From IMG/VR virus record IMGVR_UViG_3300037512_001142, positions 22,733-86,732 of that record: a DNA stretch of 64,000 nt. One strand, written 5' to 3'. Under the pieces are notes generated by a model. It had not been told where the DNA came from. It worked only from the letters and a program-made list of their open reading frames with translations, and made no database searches. Positions 39,394-48,569 of the stretch are shown here, in pieces; positions within the stretch are counted from its first letter, which is position 1, and each line of letters begins with the position of its first letter. Made by a program: the position numbers and the translations under genes. The DNA is from a virus (lineage: Duplodnaviria; Caudoviricetes).

Positions 39394-39936
39394 ATGGAAA
39401 AAATAATCTGGCAAAGATTCTTCGAATCATTGGAAGACCCTTCTGGACAGAAGGGCTTGCGTCGTCTCGTCAATAATGCTAATATGCTGGCGAGCGGTTT
39501 CGAAGCTAACGGAATACTCAATGAAGCCGCAATGTCTCTTAGAAACTTGAAAAACAGCGGCAAAAAAATCAACCTGTCAATGCATGACAGGAATATCGAC
39601 AATATCCTAGTTTTCGTTTTTCTAAAATCGATTACTACGATTCCAAGAAAGACAAAGGCATACAAGCTCGGTCTTATCGACCGCAACGGTGCACTTATCC
39701 GCGAGCCCGTTACCAAGGAAGAAAATGACAGTATTTCGAATCTTGACCTTCTCATGTTCAAGCTTCGCGAATGGCTTAAACCGAAACTTCCATATCTTTC
39801 TTCCATTACCTGGCTCCAGAGCGTTTATAACAACCAGCGTATTCAGAACCAGCTTGCAAACACAAGCATGTTGGCTCGTCAATACGTAGTCCGTCAAATA
39901 AATTCACAGCTAGACGATTTGTTAAGGAAGCATTAA
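39394..39936 (+). CDS. conserved-looking T4-like phage hypothetical protein
   Basis: KAYKLGLIDRNG motif; TATAAATA at 39379-39386. Confidence 0.6.
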   Translation: MEKIIWQRFFESLEDPSGQKGLRRLVNNANMLASGFEANGILNEAAMSLRNLKNSGKKINLSMHDRNIDNILVFVFLKSITTIPRKTKAYKLGLIDRNGALIREPVTKEENDSISNLDLLMFKLREWLKPKLPYLSSITWLQSVYNNQRIQNQLANTSMLARQYVVRQINSQLDDLLRKH

Positions 39937-39937
39937 A

Positions 39938-40180
39938 ATGACACCATGTCCTAATTGCCCACAGAAACAACAGAATGATTACTTCAAGTATGGTTTTACG
40001 TTAATGAATGGTGCGATTTATTGGACCAAGATACCAGAAGTGAAACAGTGCTGTGCTATCAAAGTGAAATTAATCGATCATACCGCCTCTAATGTTACCG
40101 TGGAATACGAAGGGAAGACTTATGTCAGGACCCGTAAGGATTTCATGGAATCGAGTTGGCGAGACATCGATTCCTATTAG
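39938..40180 (+). CDS. hypothetical protein
   Basis: 80-aa ORF tightly packed after the preceding stop; CPNCP motif. Confidence 0.5.
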   Translation: MTPCPNCPQKQQNDYFKYGFTLMNGAIYWTKIPEVKQCCAIKVKLIDHTASNVTVEYEGKTYVRTRKDFMESSWRDIDSY

Positions 40181-40646
40181 TCTTATGCAATATACAAACA
40201 AGAAACGCCTCAAAATCCAGGAAATTGAAATAAATGACGAGATAGCATCAAGTCTATTTCTGGAGTGCAACCGCTTATTTTTTGATAATAAAATCCCAGA
40301 AATACCCATAGAAATCATAGAAAGTGATACTATGAATGGTGATTTGAAATATGATGTTGACCTAAACAACAAAACCATTTCAAATTATAGAATACAGATT
40401 TCAAAAAGTAGAAAAAGAACTAAAAAAGCGTTCATTTCTACTATGATTCATGAAATGTTGCACTATGAAGTAGTTTCTGAAATTCCTTATGAACGTATTG
40501 ATGAAGCTGCTTGGTATTATCAAGAAGGCGACATGGATAAGTTCGATAAACTGTTATATAACAACAAATATGCCCATACCGGTCTTTGGGCTGAAAAAGC
40601 CGACAATATAAATAAGTTATACGGCATTAAAATCAATAAGGCATAA
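40092..40646 (+). CDS. SprT-like zinc metallopeptidase-family protein
   Basis: LECNRLFFDNKIP...STMIHEMLHY...H...W (HExxH zincin, SprT pattern). The real start is probably the ATG near 40185 (MQYT). Confidence 0.7.
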   Translation: MLPWNTKGRLMSGPVRISWNRVGETSIPISLMQYTNKKRLKIQEIEINDEIASSLFLECNRLFFDNKIPEIPIEIIESDTMNGDLKYDVDLNNKTISNYRIQISKSRKRTKKAFISTMIHEMLHYEVVSEIPYERIDEAAWYYQEGDMDKFDKLLYNNKYAHTGLWAEKADNINKLYGIKINKA

Positions 40647-40648
40647 TT

Positions 40649-41074
40649 ATGACAGTTGAAGAAGCAATAAAAATTTTAGAAGAGAATGGAATGCAGCTCG
40701 ACGAAGACTTCGGTATCGGCGTTGGTGCTCCTTGCGGTTTAGACCAAGGAATTCCACATGGCGGTGACGGTAAAGGTTGTTGTCCGCAACGCATGGGACT
40801 CATGTTCCATCGTTCGCCATTTTCTGTAAATCCGTTCTTTGCTGGTGTTCCGAATGCACATCATCCGCAATACTGGCTCAATCAGATTTCAAAGAAAAAG
40901 AAGAAAAAGAAAAAGAGAAAACTCAAGGAAAGTTTCTCCGTTATTGGTACATATAACGATGATAACGAAAAAGTTTATGAATTTGACGACGGTACTTACA
41001 TCCGTGAAAACATGGACGGTACCATTACTGTTGTTGATGAAGATGGAGAATCTCGTTCCTATCTATTAGACTAA
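40649..41074 (+). CDS. small protein carrying a copy of the capsid N-arm peptide and a poly-Lys tract
   Basis: EDFGIGVGAPCGLDQGIPHGGDGKG is 21/25 identical to MCP residues 54-78; followed by KKKKKKKKRK. Confidence 0.8.
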   Translation: MTVEEAIKILEENGMQLDEDFGIGVGAPCGLDQGIPHGGDGKGCCPQRMGLMFHRSPFSVNPFFAGVPNAHHPQYWLNQISKKKKKKKKRKLKESFSVIGTYNDDNEKVYEFDDGTYIRENMDGTITVVDEDGESRSYLLD

Positions 41075-41075
41075 T

Positions 41076-41459
41076 ATGGAAGTTAAAGCAGAACAGTTAA
41101 ATATTCTTTTGAATGCGATTAAAGACATCGTAAGGTCGAATCATTGCCCTGAATGGGTTGCTTCGAGACTCACTGCTGCCGTTAAAGCTGCAAAAGAATA
41201 TAGAAGTAGTGAACCATCGCCGGCTAGTTCGACTAGCCAGTATGTAGTGGACGAAACTATACGTCCATTTATCGTGAACGAAGAAGTAATAAGCAATGTT
41301 CAGAATGATATTTGTCTTTACAAGATTGTAAATATTCTGGATCCAGTTGGCGGAATTACACTCTACAACCTCCAGATTTTAAAAGGCAACAAGGATAATC
41401 CTCCTGGCATGATTGTCCATAACATTCCAGAAACATTACTTCAGCATATAAAGAGATAA
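41076..41459 (+). CDS. hypothetical protein
   Basis: 127-aa ORF packed within the operon. Confidence 0.6.
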   Translation: MEVKAEQLNILLNAIKDIVRSNHCPEWVASRLTAAVKAAKEYRSSEPSPASSTSQYVVDETIRPFIVNEEVISNVQNDICLYKIVNILDPVGGITLYNLQILKGNKDNPPGMIVHNIPETLLQHIKR

Positions 41460-41461
41460 AA

Positions 41462-41980
41462 ATGTCAAGACCATTACCAAAAAATTTAGTCGCTTCTCGT
41501 GAATTAAGAGCTCGTAGGAATCGTATTCGTACGGATTATATCAGAAATTTACGTGAAGAATCCGAAAATGAAGTAAATGAATCTGCAGAACCGTTAAAAA
41601 TTCCAAAATTTACTATTCCTGAAATTCCAAAAATCGAAAAACTACAAGCCACTTATACCAGTCCTGTAGTTGAAGAACAAAATAATACTTTGGATGATTT
41701 TGAACGTGAATATCAGGCTTTTATCGAAAAACTTAAAAAGGAAAAAGAAAAGAAAGAATTGAAAGAAGAACTCAAGGCTTTCTGTAAAGAATACATCAAT
41801 GAAGTTCTTGGTATTAATCAACCTCAGGAAGAACCTGAACCTGTAGTCGAAGAACCAGAAGATATAGTTGTAGATGAACCTCTGTTTGCAGATGTTGATG
41901 AAGAACCAAAATCTATGGAAGAAGAATATCAGGATTTCATAAATAGTTTAAAACAAAGAAAAAAAGGGATAAAACAATGA
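41462..41980 (+). CDS. charged low-complexity protein with two EYQ[A/D]FI motifs
   Basis: FEREYQAFIEKLK and EEEYQDFINSLK. Confidence 0.65.
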   Translation: MSRPLPKNLVASRELRARRNRIRTDYIRNLREESENEVNESAEPLKIPKFTIPEIPKIEKLQATYTSPVVEEQNNTLDDFEREYQAFIEKLKKEKEKKELKEELKAFCKEYINEVLGINQPQEEPEPVVEEPEDIVVDEPLFADVDEEPKSMEEEYQDFINSLKQRKKGIKQ

Positions 41981-42336
41981 ATAGATTTGCAAAACGTTAC
42001 GAAGAAGATACATCCACCTACTCCGATTATGACAAGGCTCGTGCAGCAATGGCCAATACGGTCCGTTCTTACCCAGCTCGTTCATATTCCTTCCGCACTG
42101 TCGGTAATACCGATTCCTTCGAAAAGGAATATCAGGCATTCATCAACAAGCTCAAGGCACAGAAGGAAGAAAAGGCTGTCGAAGAAACTTCTGTTGTCGA
42201 AGAAACCAAGGTTGAAGAAGTAGCTCCGATTGTAGAAGAAACTCCAGTTGTTGAAGAAACTCCGTCTCCGAAAAAGCGCAAGAGCAAGGTTACTGTTGAA
42301 GAAACAGTTGCCACTGATGATACTCTCTTCGGTTAA
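41977..42336 (+). CDS. acidic low-complexity protein with an EYQAFI motif and VEET repeats
   Basis: FEKEYQAFINKLK; repeated VVEET; start overlaps the previous stop (ATGA). Confidence 0.65.
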   Translation: MNRFAKRYEEDTSTYSDYDKARAAMANTVRSYPARSYSFRTVGNTDSFEKEYQAFINKLKAQKEEKAVEETSVVEETKVEEVAPIVEETPVVEETPSPKKRKSKVTVEETVATDDTLFG

Positions 42337-42349
42337 TTATAAATAATAT

Positions 42350-42856
42350 ATGAACGATTTACAGAAATTGGCATCTCAGTTGCTCACTGGATATGGTGTT
42401 GAAGGCGACAACGGTATGGATAAGCTTGGTACGGTAGAAGCCTATACGGTAACTACCGATAACCTCATATGTCCGTGTTGTCGTGCTAAATTGCGTCTTG
42501 TTGACAGTTCTAAACAGGAATTCGAAGATGATGACCTTGTTAATGTTACCGAAAGCAAACAGCAAAGTATCAATGAAAATAAGATTGCTGACTATTTGCT
42601 TGAAATCATCGAAGACGCGGCTCAGAATATCTACAAGGACGAACTTGAGGTCGAAGAGCCAACAACAGATTCTATGGGTAATATAACTGACGATTACAAT
42701 GAACGCTTCCTCTATATGAGTGACAGTTTGAAGAAAATCGTCAAAACCAAGGCTAACGCAATAGCCAACATGGTTAAACAAAATGGAATTGAAGTGTCAC
42801 CATTCTATATCGAAAATGAGATTTTCTCGGTATTGAAGTCATACGCTTATAAATAA
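42350..42856 (+). CDS. acidic late protein with a CPCC motif
   Basis: LICPCCRAKLRLVD; TATAAATA 4 nt before the ATG. Confidence 0.65.
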   Translation: MNDLQKLASQLLTGYGVEGDNGMDKLGTVEAYTVTTDNLICPCCRAKLRLVDSSKQEFEDDDLVNVTESKQQSINENKIADYLLEIIEDAAQNIYKDELEVEEPTTDSMGNITDDYNERFLYMSDSLKKIVKTKANAIANMVKQNGIEVSPFYIENEIFSVLKSYAYK

Positions 42857-42875
42857 TAAAAAAGAGGAATTTAAA

Positions 42876-43664
42876 ATGAACAACCAGTTTAATAATGCAT
42901 TATATCGCGCTTCTGCTCTTCTCTGCGAAGGCTTTGGTGCTCCTGAAGAAGAAGATCCGACATTCACCATCTCTACTGAAGAAACTCCGGCTGGCGTTCC
43001 TACTGTAGAATCTGACCCGACTGCTACTCCTGCTGAAGAAACCGCTACTGAGGAAGAAGAAGGTGAAGAAAAGACTTATGATGTCGACGTTGCCAACCCG
43101 GTTTGCCCGTGCTGCGGCGCTCGCTTGAATATCATTGATACTACCGAAGAAACTCCGGCTGAATCTGATATTACCGATAGCGACATCCAGTCCATGGATC
43201 CTACTCTCGAACCTAATAATTCTACCTACGATGTCAATGACACTTTTGTAAGTATCGACAACATCTCTACCGACGATGACGATGACGAAGAAGAAAAGGA
43301 TATGGATGAATCCTTCATGGACACTCTCAAATTGAAGAAAGATAAATTCTTCGGTCAGGACAAGTACAATGAAAAATTGGCTGAAGAACTTCAGAATGTA
43401 GCTATCAATGACTATCCGACAATCGTCAAAGTATTTGCTGAATGGGGCTTTGAGGACCAGTTAAAAAACTTTGGTCGTTGGGACGATTTCGACACTGACT
43501 ATCCGGGTGAATTCTGGGCATGCTTGCAGCAGGCATTAGGCTGGAAGGTTACTGCCAACGGTGACGAACACGGCGACGGAAGCTGGGTTATCATTAACGG
43601 CAAGAAGTGCAAAAACGCTTTCCAGGCATATATTGCAATGCAAAACGGCTCCTTCGAAGGCTAA
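42876..43664 (+). CDS. acidic late protein with a CPCC motif
   Basis: PVCPCCGARLNIID; GAGG SD; TATAAATA at 42848-42855. Confidence 0.7.
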   Translation: MNNQFNNALYRASALLCEGFGAPEEEDPTFTISTEETPAGVPTVESDPTATPAEETATEEEEGEEKTYDVDVANPVCPCCGARLNIIDTTEETPAESDITDSDIQSMDPTLEPNNSTYDVNDTFVSIDNISTDDDDDEEEKDMDESFMDTLKLKKDKFFGQDKYNEKLAEELQNVAINDYPTIVKVFAEWGFEDQLKNFGRWDDFDTDYPGEFWACLQQALGWKVTANGDEHGDGSWVIINGKKCKNAFQAYIAMQNGSFEG

Positions 43665-43753
43665 TCTAATATTAAATCTGAATTTCTAACCATAGCTCAA
43701 CCATGGGCTATGGTCTTTTTTATAAATATATTAAAATAAGCTTATAGGATTTT

Positions 43754-46700
43754 ATGAGATTTTTAGATTTATACGAAGGTAAAAAGGATAATAATAATAG
43801 CGTAGATGTTGAATACACCTATGAAAATGCCTTAAAAGATATAGATTCAGATAATCTGTATAACTTGGTATGTAATATCCACCGCACAAAGCATAACAGT
43901 GGTGTATCTACCAAAGGTTTCTATATTGGTGGCGATTTTATTGAATATAAAAGTTCTCAATTCGCTGAGCTTTCTAAGAAACTTCGCGCCAAATATGGTG
44001 ATAAGCTTGAATCTAAATTGTTAGAACTTGCAAAGAAGCGTTATCAAGAAAAAGTTCCAAATGAAAAGACTGCCGAATCTGATAAGATGTTAATCGATAC
44101 TAGTCTTGCAAAGTATTTACAGAATCCTAAGCTTGCAACAACCAATGGTAATTCTAAAAATCCACATAATCTTGTCGATCCTGATAGATATGAAAAAATT
44201 GGTCAAGCTCTTGTTTATAGAACATCGGAATTTGTAAGTAAATTAGCTGATACTACTACAAAGATTGATGAAAACAAGTTCAAACAGTTAATGATTGATG
44301 CGTTCAACAAGAATGAAGAAGAAAACTTCCTCTATGGTATTGTTGACATCGAAGCAAAAATGCGTATTGACGCTGCTAAGCAGACAGTTAGCCAAACAGC
44401 AGGTAACAATGACGCAAATAATAAGTTTGGAACTGAACCGAAGGAAAAGAAAGAAGATAATAACGAAAACGATGAAGAAGACAATGAAATGCAGACAGAT
44501 TCCTATTATTCTAATCTGTCTAAAGAATTGAAAATGACAAATCTTCTTTTTGAATCTGAAAAGGTTCCCCGTCGAGTAGAACAGTTTAGCAGTAATGCAC
44601 GTGTTGCCTTAAAACAGGCTGATGCCGTTGAAGCTACTTGGCCACGTCAATTTAAAACATGGTATGACAAATATAAAGCAGCATTTGATAAGGGTGTCAA
44701 GGAAGCACAAGACAAAGTTCGTAAAGGTGGTGCTGGCGATGAAAAATATATTCCTGACCCGCTTACTAACCAAAAGATAAATATCCGTAAAGGTTGGGGT
44801 ACTGGTGGTCCGCAAGCTTTCCTTGATGACCTCTATGCTAAGCACCCGTCTGTAAAGTCTGCTGCTGACGCTATCAACAGTGGTAATCTTACCATTTTCA
44901 ATATGGGCCCTCGTCTTATTCTTGGTCTCTGTAAAGGATTGTCCAAAGGCGGTAAACTTCTTCAAGAAATCAAAGACGGTTTTGCTGAAGGTTTCAAAGA
45001 AATTAAAAGTGCATTCAAGTCTGGTGGTTCTACAAAGGATTATGAAACCCATGTAGAAGAAGCAATGAATGAAGGCAATTACGGTGAAGCTGCTGCTACT
45101 CAGTCTGTTATTATCGCTGTTGACTGTTCTCAGCTTCTCTCCTTGATGGAAAATGGTCCTATCGGTACAGTCGATTTTGACAATAGTACATTCTCTACCG
45201 CTAACAGTAATGATCAGTCTTCGCTTGAAGTCGCTGTCCAGAATCTTATCGGTCAGTTGAGCAAGTATTCTGAAGTTTATGAAAAGTATGAACAGAATAA
45301 GGATGTCAAGGTAAATAAAGAAGCTTCAGATACTGTTGTTGATTCTGGTAATGATGAAGAAAAGAAAAACAGTGAGAATAACGAGGAAGAAGACACCGAA
45401 GAAGATTCCAATATTTCAGATAATACAAAACCTGTTTATCGTCCATTCACACAGTTCTTAACTGAAGCTGATGATGATGAATCTCAGGCTGATAGTGAAT
45501 CTGAGTCTGATGATGAATCCAAATCTGATAGTGAATCTGATGACGATGAATCTCAGACACAGGAAGGTCAGTTTAATGCTACGCTTTCTCAGATGTCTGC
45601 CGTAAAGGAAATCTTTGATGATTATCTTGATATTCCACGTCTTAAAGAAGTTCATGACGTTCTTAAATCTTTCATTGATAGCGATGAGCTCAAGAACGAA
45701 AATAATGGTCTTGATACGTTGAAGACTATTATTAACCTTTATGACATCATGATTAAGGAAGACCTGAATTTCGACCTCAAGAGTGATAGCATAAAGAACT
45801 TTGTTGACGGATTAAGAGCAATAAACGAAGTTAAGGAAATTCCAAAGATTGAAAACCAGCCGATTAAGATTTCTGAAGACATCAAGAAATTCCCAGCTAT
45901 GGAACACAAGGGAACTGCAAAGAAAAAAGTTTCTTCTGAAGAAAATGCAGCTAAACTTGCAGAAGCTATTAAGACAGATTTTGTAAAGCATGTGATGAGC
46001 CAGATTTCTGATCTTAATAATTTCGCAAAGAGCTGTAAAAGTGATAAGTGGGTAATCGAATATCAGAAAAGACAAAAAGAACTTTCCAGATTAAGCAGCG
46101 TTCTTACAGAACTCCTTGAAAATGTCTATGGTAAAGGCGAAATCGGTGACTGGTATTATGCAGCATTAAATGAATCTGAAAACCTTAATTACATGAGTAA
46201 ACTTTATAAGCTCATGGTAGTAGCTTCTATCATTGTTGCACAGCTTGAAGACCAAGCTCAAGGTGACCGTGAAGACGAATCTGTAAAGGTAATGATTCCT
46301 CCGAAAAAACAAATTATTGGTACTGTTTATCGTAGTCTTTATGAAAAGGAAGCAACTCCAGAACAACAGTTTGAAAAGGTAAAACACAATATTACAACTT
46401 TCGAACAGAAGCTCAACGAAGTTGACCTGAATAAAATTCTTCCAGCAGATCCAAATGATGAAATATACAAAGTAACTGACCCTAAAGCATTCAATGAAAA
46501 AATTAACAGCTTTGCCACACGTGCAAATGAAGGTCTTACTATTCATCTTGGTACTGAAGGCAATGGTATTATTTCCATGGCTCGAAACATTGTTGGAAAT
46601 AGCCTTGAAATTGGTAAAAAGATACGTAAAAAACTCTATGAGTCAGATTGTAAGAAGATTTGCACAATGTTCAATGAAGGTACTGATAAGAACCGCGAAC

Positions 46701-46954
46701 ATTCTGACCTCTTCGCTTACTATGCTGCCGCATGGGCAATTTTGGAACCTGCAAAGGAAGCACTTACAGAAGGAGAGCAGACCGAAGATACCAAATTGCG
46801 TCAAGGTCATTACGAAGGCAATGAAAATGATGACTCTTCGGAAAATCAGGAAAATAACGAAGGTCAGGAAAAGAAAGAATCCTACCAGTTTCCAGGTGTT
46901 TCACCAGACTCATTGATTAATGAAATCTATAAATATATCAGAGGTTCTAAATGA
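43754..46954 (+). CDS. large helical/acidic late protein, candidate head-internal (ejection/core) protein
   Basis: 1066 aa, domains separated by D/E-rich linkers, with putative protease sites (LYE/G, LFE/S, LTE/A). Confidence 0.6.
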   Translation: MRFLDLYEGKKDNNNSVDVEYTYENALKDIDSDNLYNLVCNIHRTKHNSGVSTKGFYIGGDFIEYKSSQFAELSKKLRAKYGDKLESKLLELAKKRYQEKVPNEKTAESDKMLIDTSLAKYLQNPKLATTNGNSKNPHNLVDPDRYEKIGQALVYRTSEFVSKLADTTTKIDENKFKQLMIDAFNKNEEENFLYGIVDIEAKMRIDAAKQTVSQTAGNNDANNKFGTEPKEKKEDNNENDEEDNEMQTDSYYSNLSKELKMTNLLFESEKVPRRVEQFSSNARVALKQADAVEATWPRQFKTWYDKYKAAFDKGVKEAQDKVRKGGAGDEKYIPDPLTNQKINIRKGWGTGGPQAFLDDLYAKHPSVKSAADAINSGNLTIFNMGPRLILGLCKGLSKGGKLLQEIKDGFAEGFKEIKSAFKSGGSTKDYETHVEEAMNEGNYGEAAATQSVIIAVDCSQLLSLMENGPIGTVDFDNSTFSTANSNDQSSLEVAVQNLIGQLSKYSEVYEKYEQNKDVKVNKEASDTVVDSGNDEEKKNSENNEEEDTEEDSNISDNTKPVYRPFTQFLTEADDDESQADSESESDDESKSDSESDDDESQTQEGQFNATLSQMSAVKEIFDDYLDIPRLKEVHDVLKSFIDSDELKNENNGLDTLKTIINLYDIMIKEDLNFDLKSDSIKNFVDGLRAINEVKEIPKIENQPIKISEDIKKFPAMEHKGTAKKKVSSEENAAKLAEAIKTDFVKHVMSQISDLNNFAKSCKSDKWVIEYQKRQKELSRLSSVLTELLENVYGKGEIGDWYYAALNESENLNYMSKLYKLMVVASIIVAQLEDQAQGDREDESVKVMIPPKKQIIGTVYRSLYEKEATPEQQFEKVKHNITTFEQKLNEVDLNKILPADPNDEIYKVTDPKAFNEKINSFATRANEGLTIHLGTEGNGIISMARNIVGNSLEIGKKIRKKLYESDCKKICTMFNEGTDKNREHSDLFAYYAAAWAILEPAKEALTEGEQTEDTKLRQGHYEGNENDDSSENQENNEGQEKKESYQFPGVSPDSLINEIYKYIRGSK

Positions 46955-47421
46955 TAACAGAAGATTTTGAAAAACTTATCGACCATCTTTATAATGCCAC
47001 TCAGGATTATAAGATTATTGTCGAAGATAACGACCTGGACGTTGAACAGGCCGCAGAAAAGGGTAAGGATATTCGTACTATTATCCGTGACGCTATTAAG
47101 CCTCAGGTTGATATTGCGACATCAGTTATCGATTCTATCGGTACAAGTTTCGACGATACCATTAGTCAGACCAAGCGTATGAAAGATGCTATCGACCAGA
47201 TTCAATCCTGGGAAAAGCAGATTCATGGTGCTTGCGAACAGATTATCAATACTGTCGAATCCAAGGACGGAAGCATTGACCGTGAAGAATCCATTGTCAA
47301 CGATTCTTCCAAGTGCAGTCCGATGGCTTTCAACAAGTATATTAAGAATTATACGTCCCGCGATTACAGTACGCTCGAGCTTGCTTCGGCTATCGTAACG
47401 TTCTATAACTCGCTCGCTTAA
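46951..47421 (+). CDS. hypothetical protein
   Basis: 156-aa ORF translationally coupled (ATGA overlap). Confidence 0.65.
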   Translation: MITEDFEKLIDHLYNATQDYKIIVEDNDLDVEQAAEKGKDIRTIIRDAIKPQVDIATSVIDSIGTSFDDTISQTKRMKDAIDQIQSWEKQIHGACEQIINTVESKDGSIDREESIVNDSSKCSPMAFNKYIKNYTSRDYSTLELASAIVTFYNSLA

Positions 47422-47438
47422 TAATTTTTACATAATTA

Positions 47439-47468
47439 AAAAAGAGGATTGAAAAATCCTCTTTTTTA
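47439..47468. terminator. bidirectional terminator
   Basis: AAAAAGAGGATT-GAAA-AATCCTCTTTTT. Confidence 0.85.
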
Positions 47469-47486
47469 TTTTCGCTTTCAGAACTT

Positions 47487-48287
47487 TTACTTGACGTCCA
47501 TCGCAGTGAGAACTTCGCGGGCATTCTGAAGTTGACCCTTCTTAACAGCAATGTCTTGCTTAATCTGGTCACGCTTCTGGATGAGAGGTTCCTTAATCTT
47601 ACGATAGAGGTAGAGTCTGTGCTTGGTATCAAGTTTGGCTCCGACTTTCTTAATCAAGAATATAGCATTCTTCAGGTTGGTGAATTCAAGATCTTCATCG
47701 TTGAGCTTCTTACCGTTGAATACCAATTCGATAGCAGTCTTAACCTTTTCGATTTCAACAAGCTGGTCATCCTTAAGAGTCTGAATAACGGACATTACAG
47801 TCTGCATGACCTTTTCAGTATCATACATCATCTTGCCCGCTGGATTCTTGGACAACGTTACATCGTCGGAATCAGACTGGCCCTGAGTGAAGTCTGGGTC
47901 ATCTTCATGAGAACCATCATCAATAGGAGACTTCTTATCGTCACCAGTTTCACCTTCGGCTCCAGCGTCTCCGCCTTCGCCACCAGCGTCTCCACCAGCA
48001 CCGCCACCGGCACCACCAGCTCCGCCAGCACCGCCTGCGGCATCACTGCCAAACGGATCACCACCAGCGTCACCGCCCAAATCATCTCCGCCACCGGCGT
48101 CATCTGCAGCAAACGGGTCACCAGCGTCATCACCGCCGCCAGCGTCATCACCGCCGAAATCATCAGCTTCAGTCAAAAACTTCTTATATTCTGTACTGAA
48201 TGAAAGATTAATCGGGCTAACCGTTTCTTCTAAAATTTCTTTTAAATCTCTCATATTTTCCTTCCTAGAACTTATAAATTGCTTCAA
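47487..48287 (-). CDS. hypothetical protein with a Gly/Asp/Ala-rich linker
   Basis: FLTEADDFGGDDAGGGDD... low-complexity tract followed by a helical C-terminus. The start is probably the second Met (about 48254). Confidence 0.65.
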   Translation of the reverse strand: MKQFISSRKENMRDLKEILEETVSPINLSFSTEYKKFLTEADDFGGDDAGGGDDAGDPFAADDAGGGDDLGGDAGGDPFGSDAAGGAGGAGGAGGGAGGDAGGEGGDAGAEGETGDDKKSPIDDGSHEDDPDFTQGQSDSDDVTLSKNPAGKMMYDTEKVMQTVMSVIQTLKDDQLVEIEKVKTAIELVFNGKKLNDEDLEFTNLKNAIFLIKKVGAKLDTKHRLYLYRKIKEPLIQKRDQIKQDIAVKKGQLQNAREVLTAMDVK

Positions 48288-48567
48288 TACGTTCCTTGAT
48301 TATCTCTTTATTTATAGATCGGATATTGGAGCATGTCAAATAGTTGAAGAAAATCCTAGCTGTTTTGGTATTTTTCTTCGTTAAAAGGTCATATAAACCG
48401 GCCTTATTTTCGGTTAAAATAAGATTAACCATCAATTCCATGAGGTCTGTAAGTCTGTCCTTGGAGATTTCAACATCTTCATCGACACAGTTCTTAAACA
48501 TCTTACAGAAATACTTCTCTAAAAATTCGTTTCTATGTGAAATTTTATAATGCACTGAAAAAACCAT
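48265..48567 (-). CDS. hypothetical protein
   Basis: 100-aa ORF packed after the putative small terminase. Confidence 0.5.
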   Translation of the reverse strand: MVFSVHYKISHRNEFLEKYFCKMFKNCVDEDVEISKDRLTDLMELMVNLILTENKAGLYDLLTKKNTKTARIFFNYLTCSNIRSINKEIIKERIEAIYKF

Positions 48568-48569
48568 CC

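Noticed and set aside
45470-45560. SESDD(E) repeat in the 1066-aa protein
   Set aside because: A short acidic linker expansion with no further structure; included under the head-internal protein finding.
47990-48170. GC-rich repetitive tract (caccagcg/caccgccg)
   Set aside because: Explained by the Gly/Ala/Asp low-complexity coding segment of the 47487-48287 gene; not a separate repeat element.
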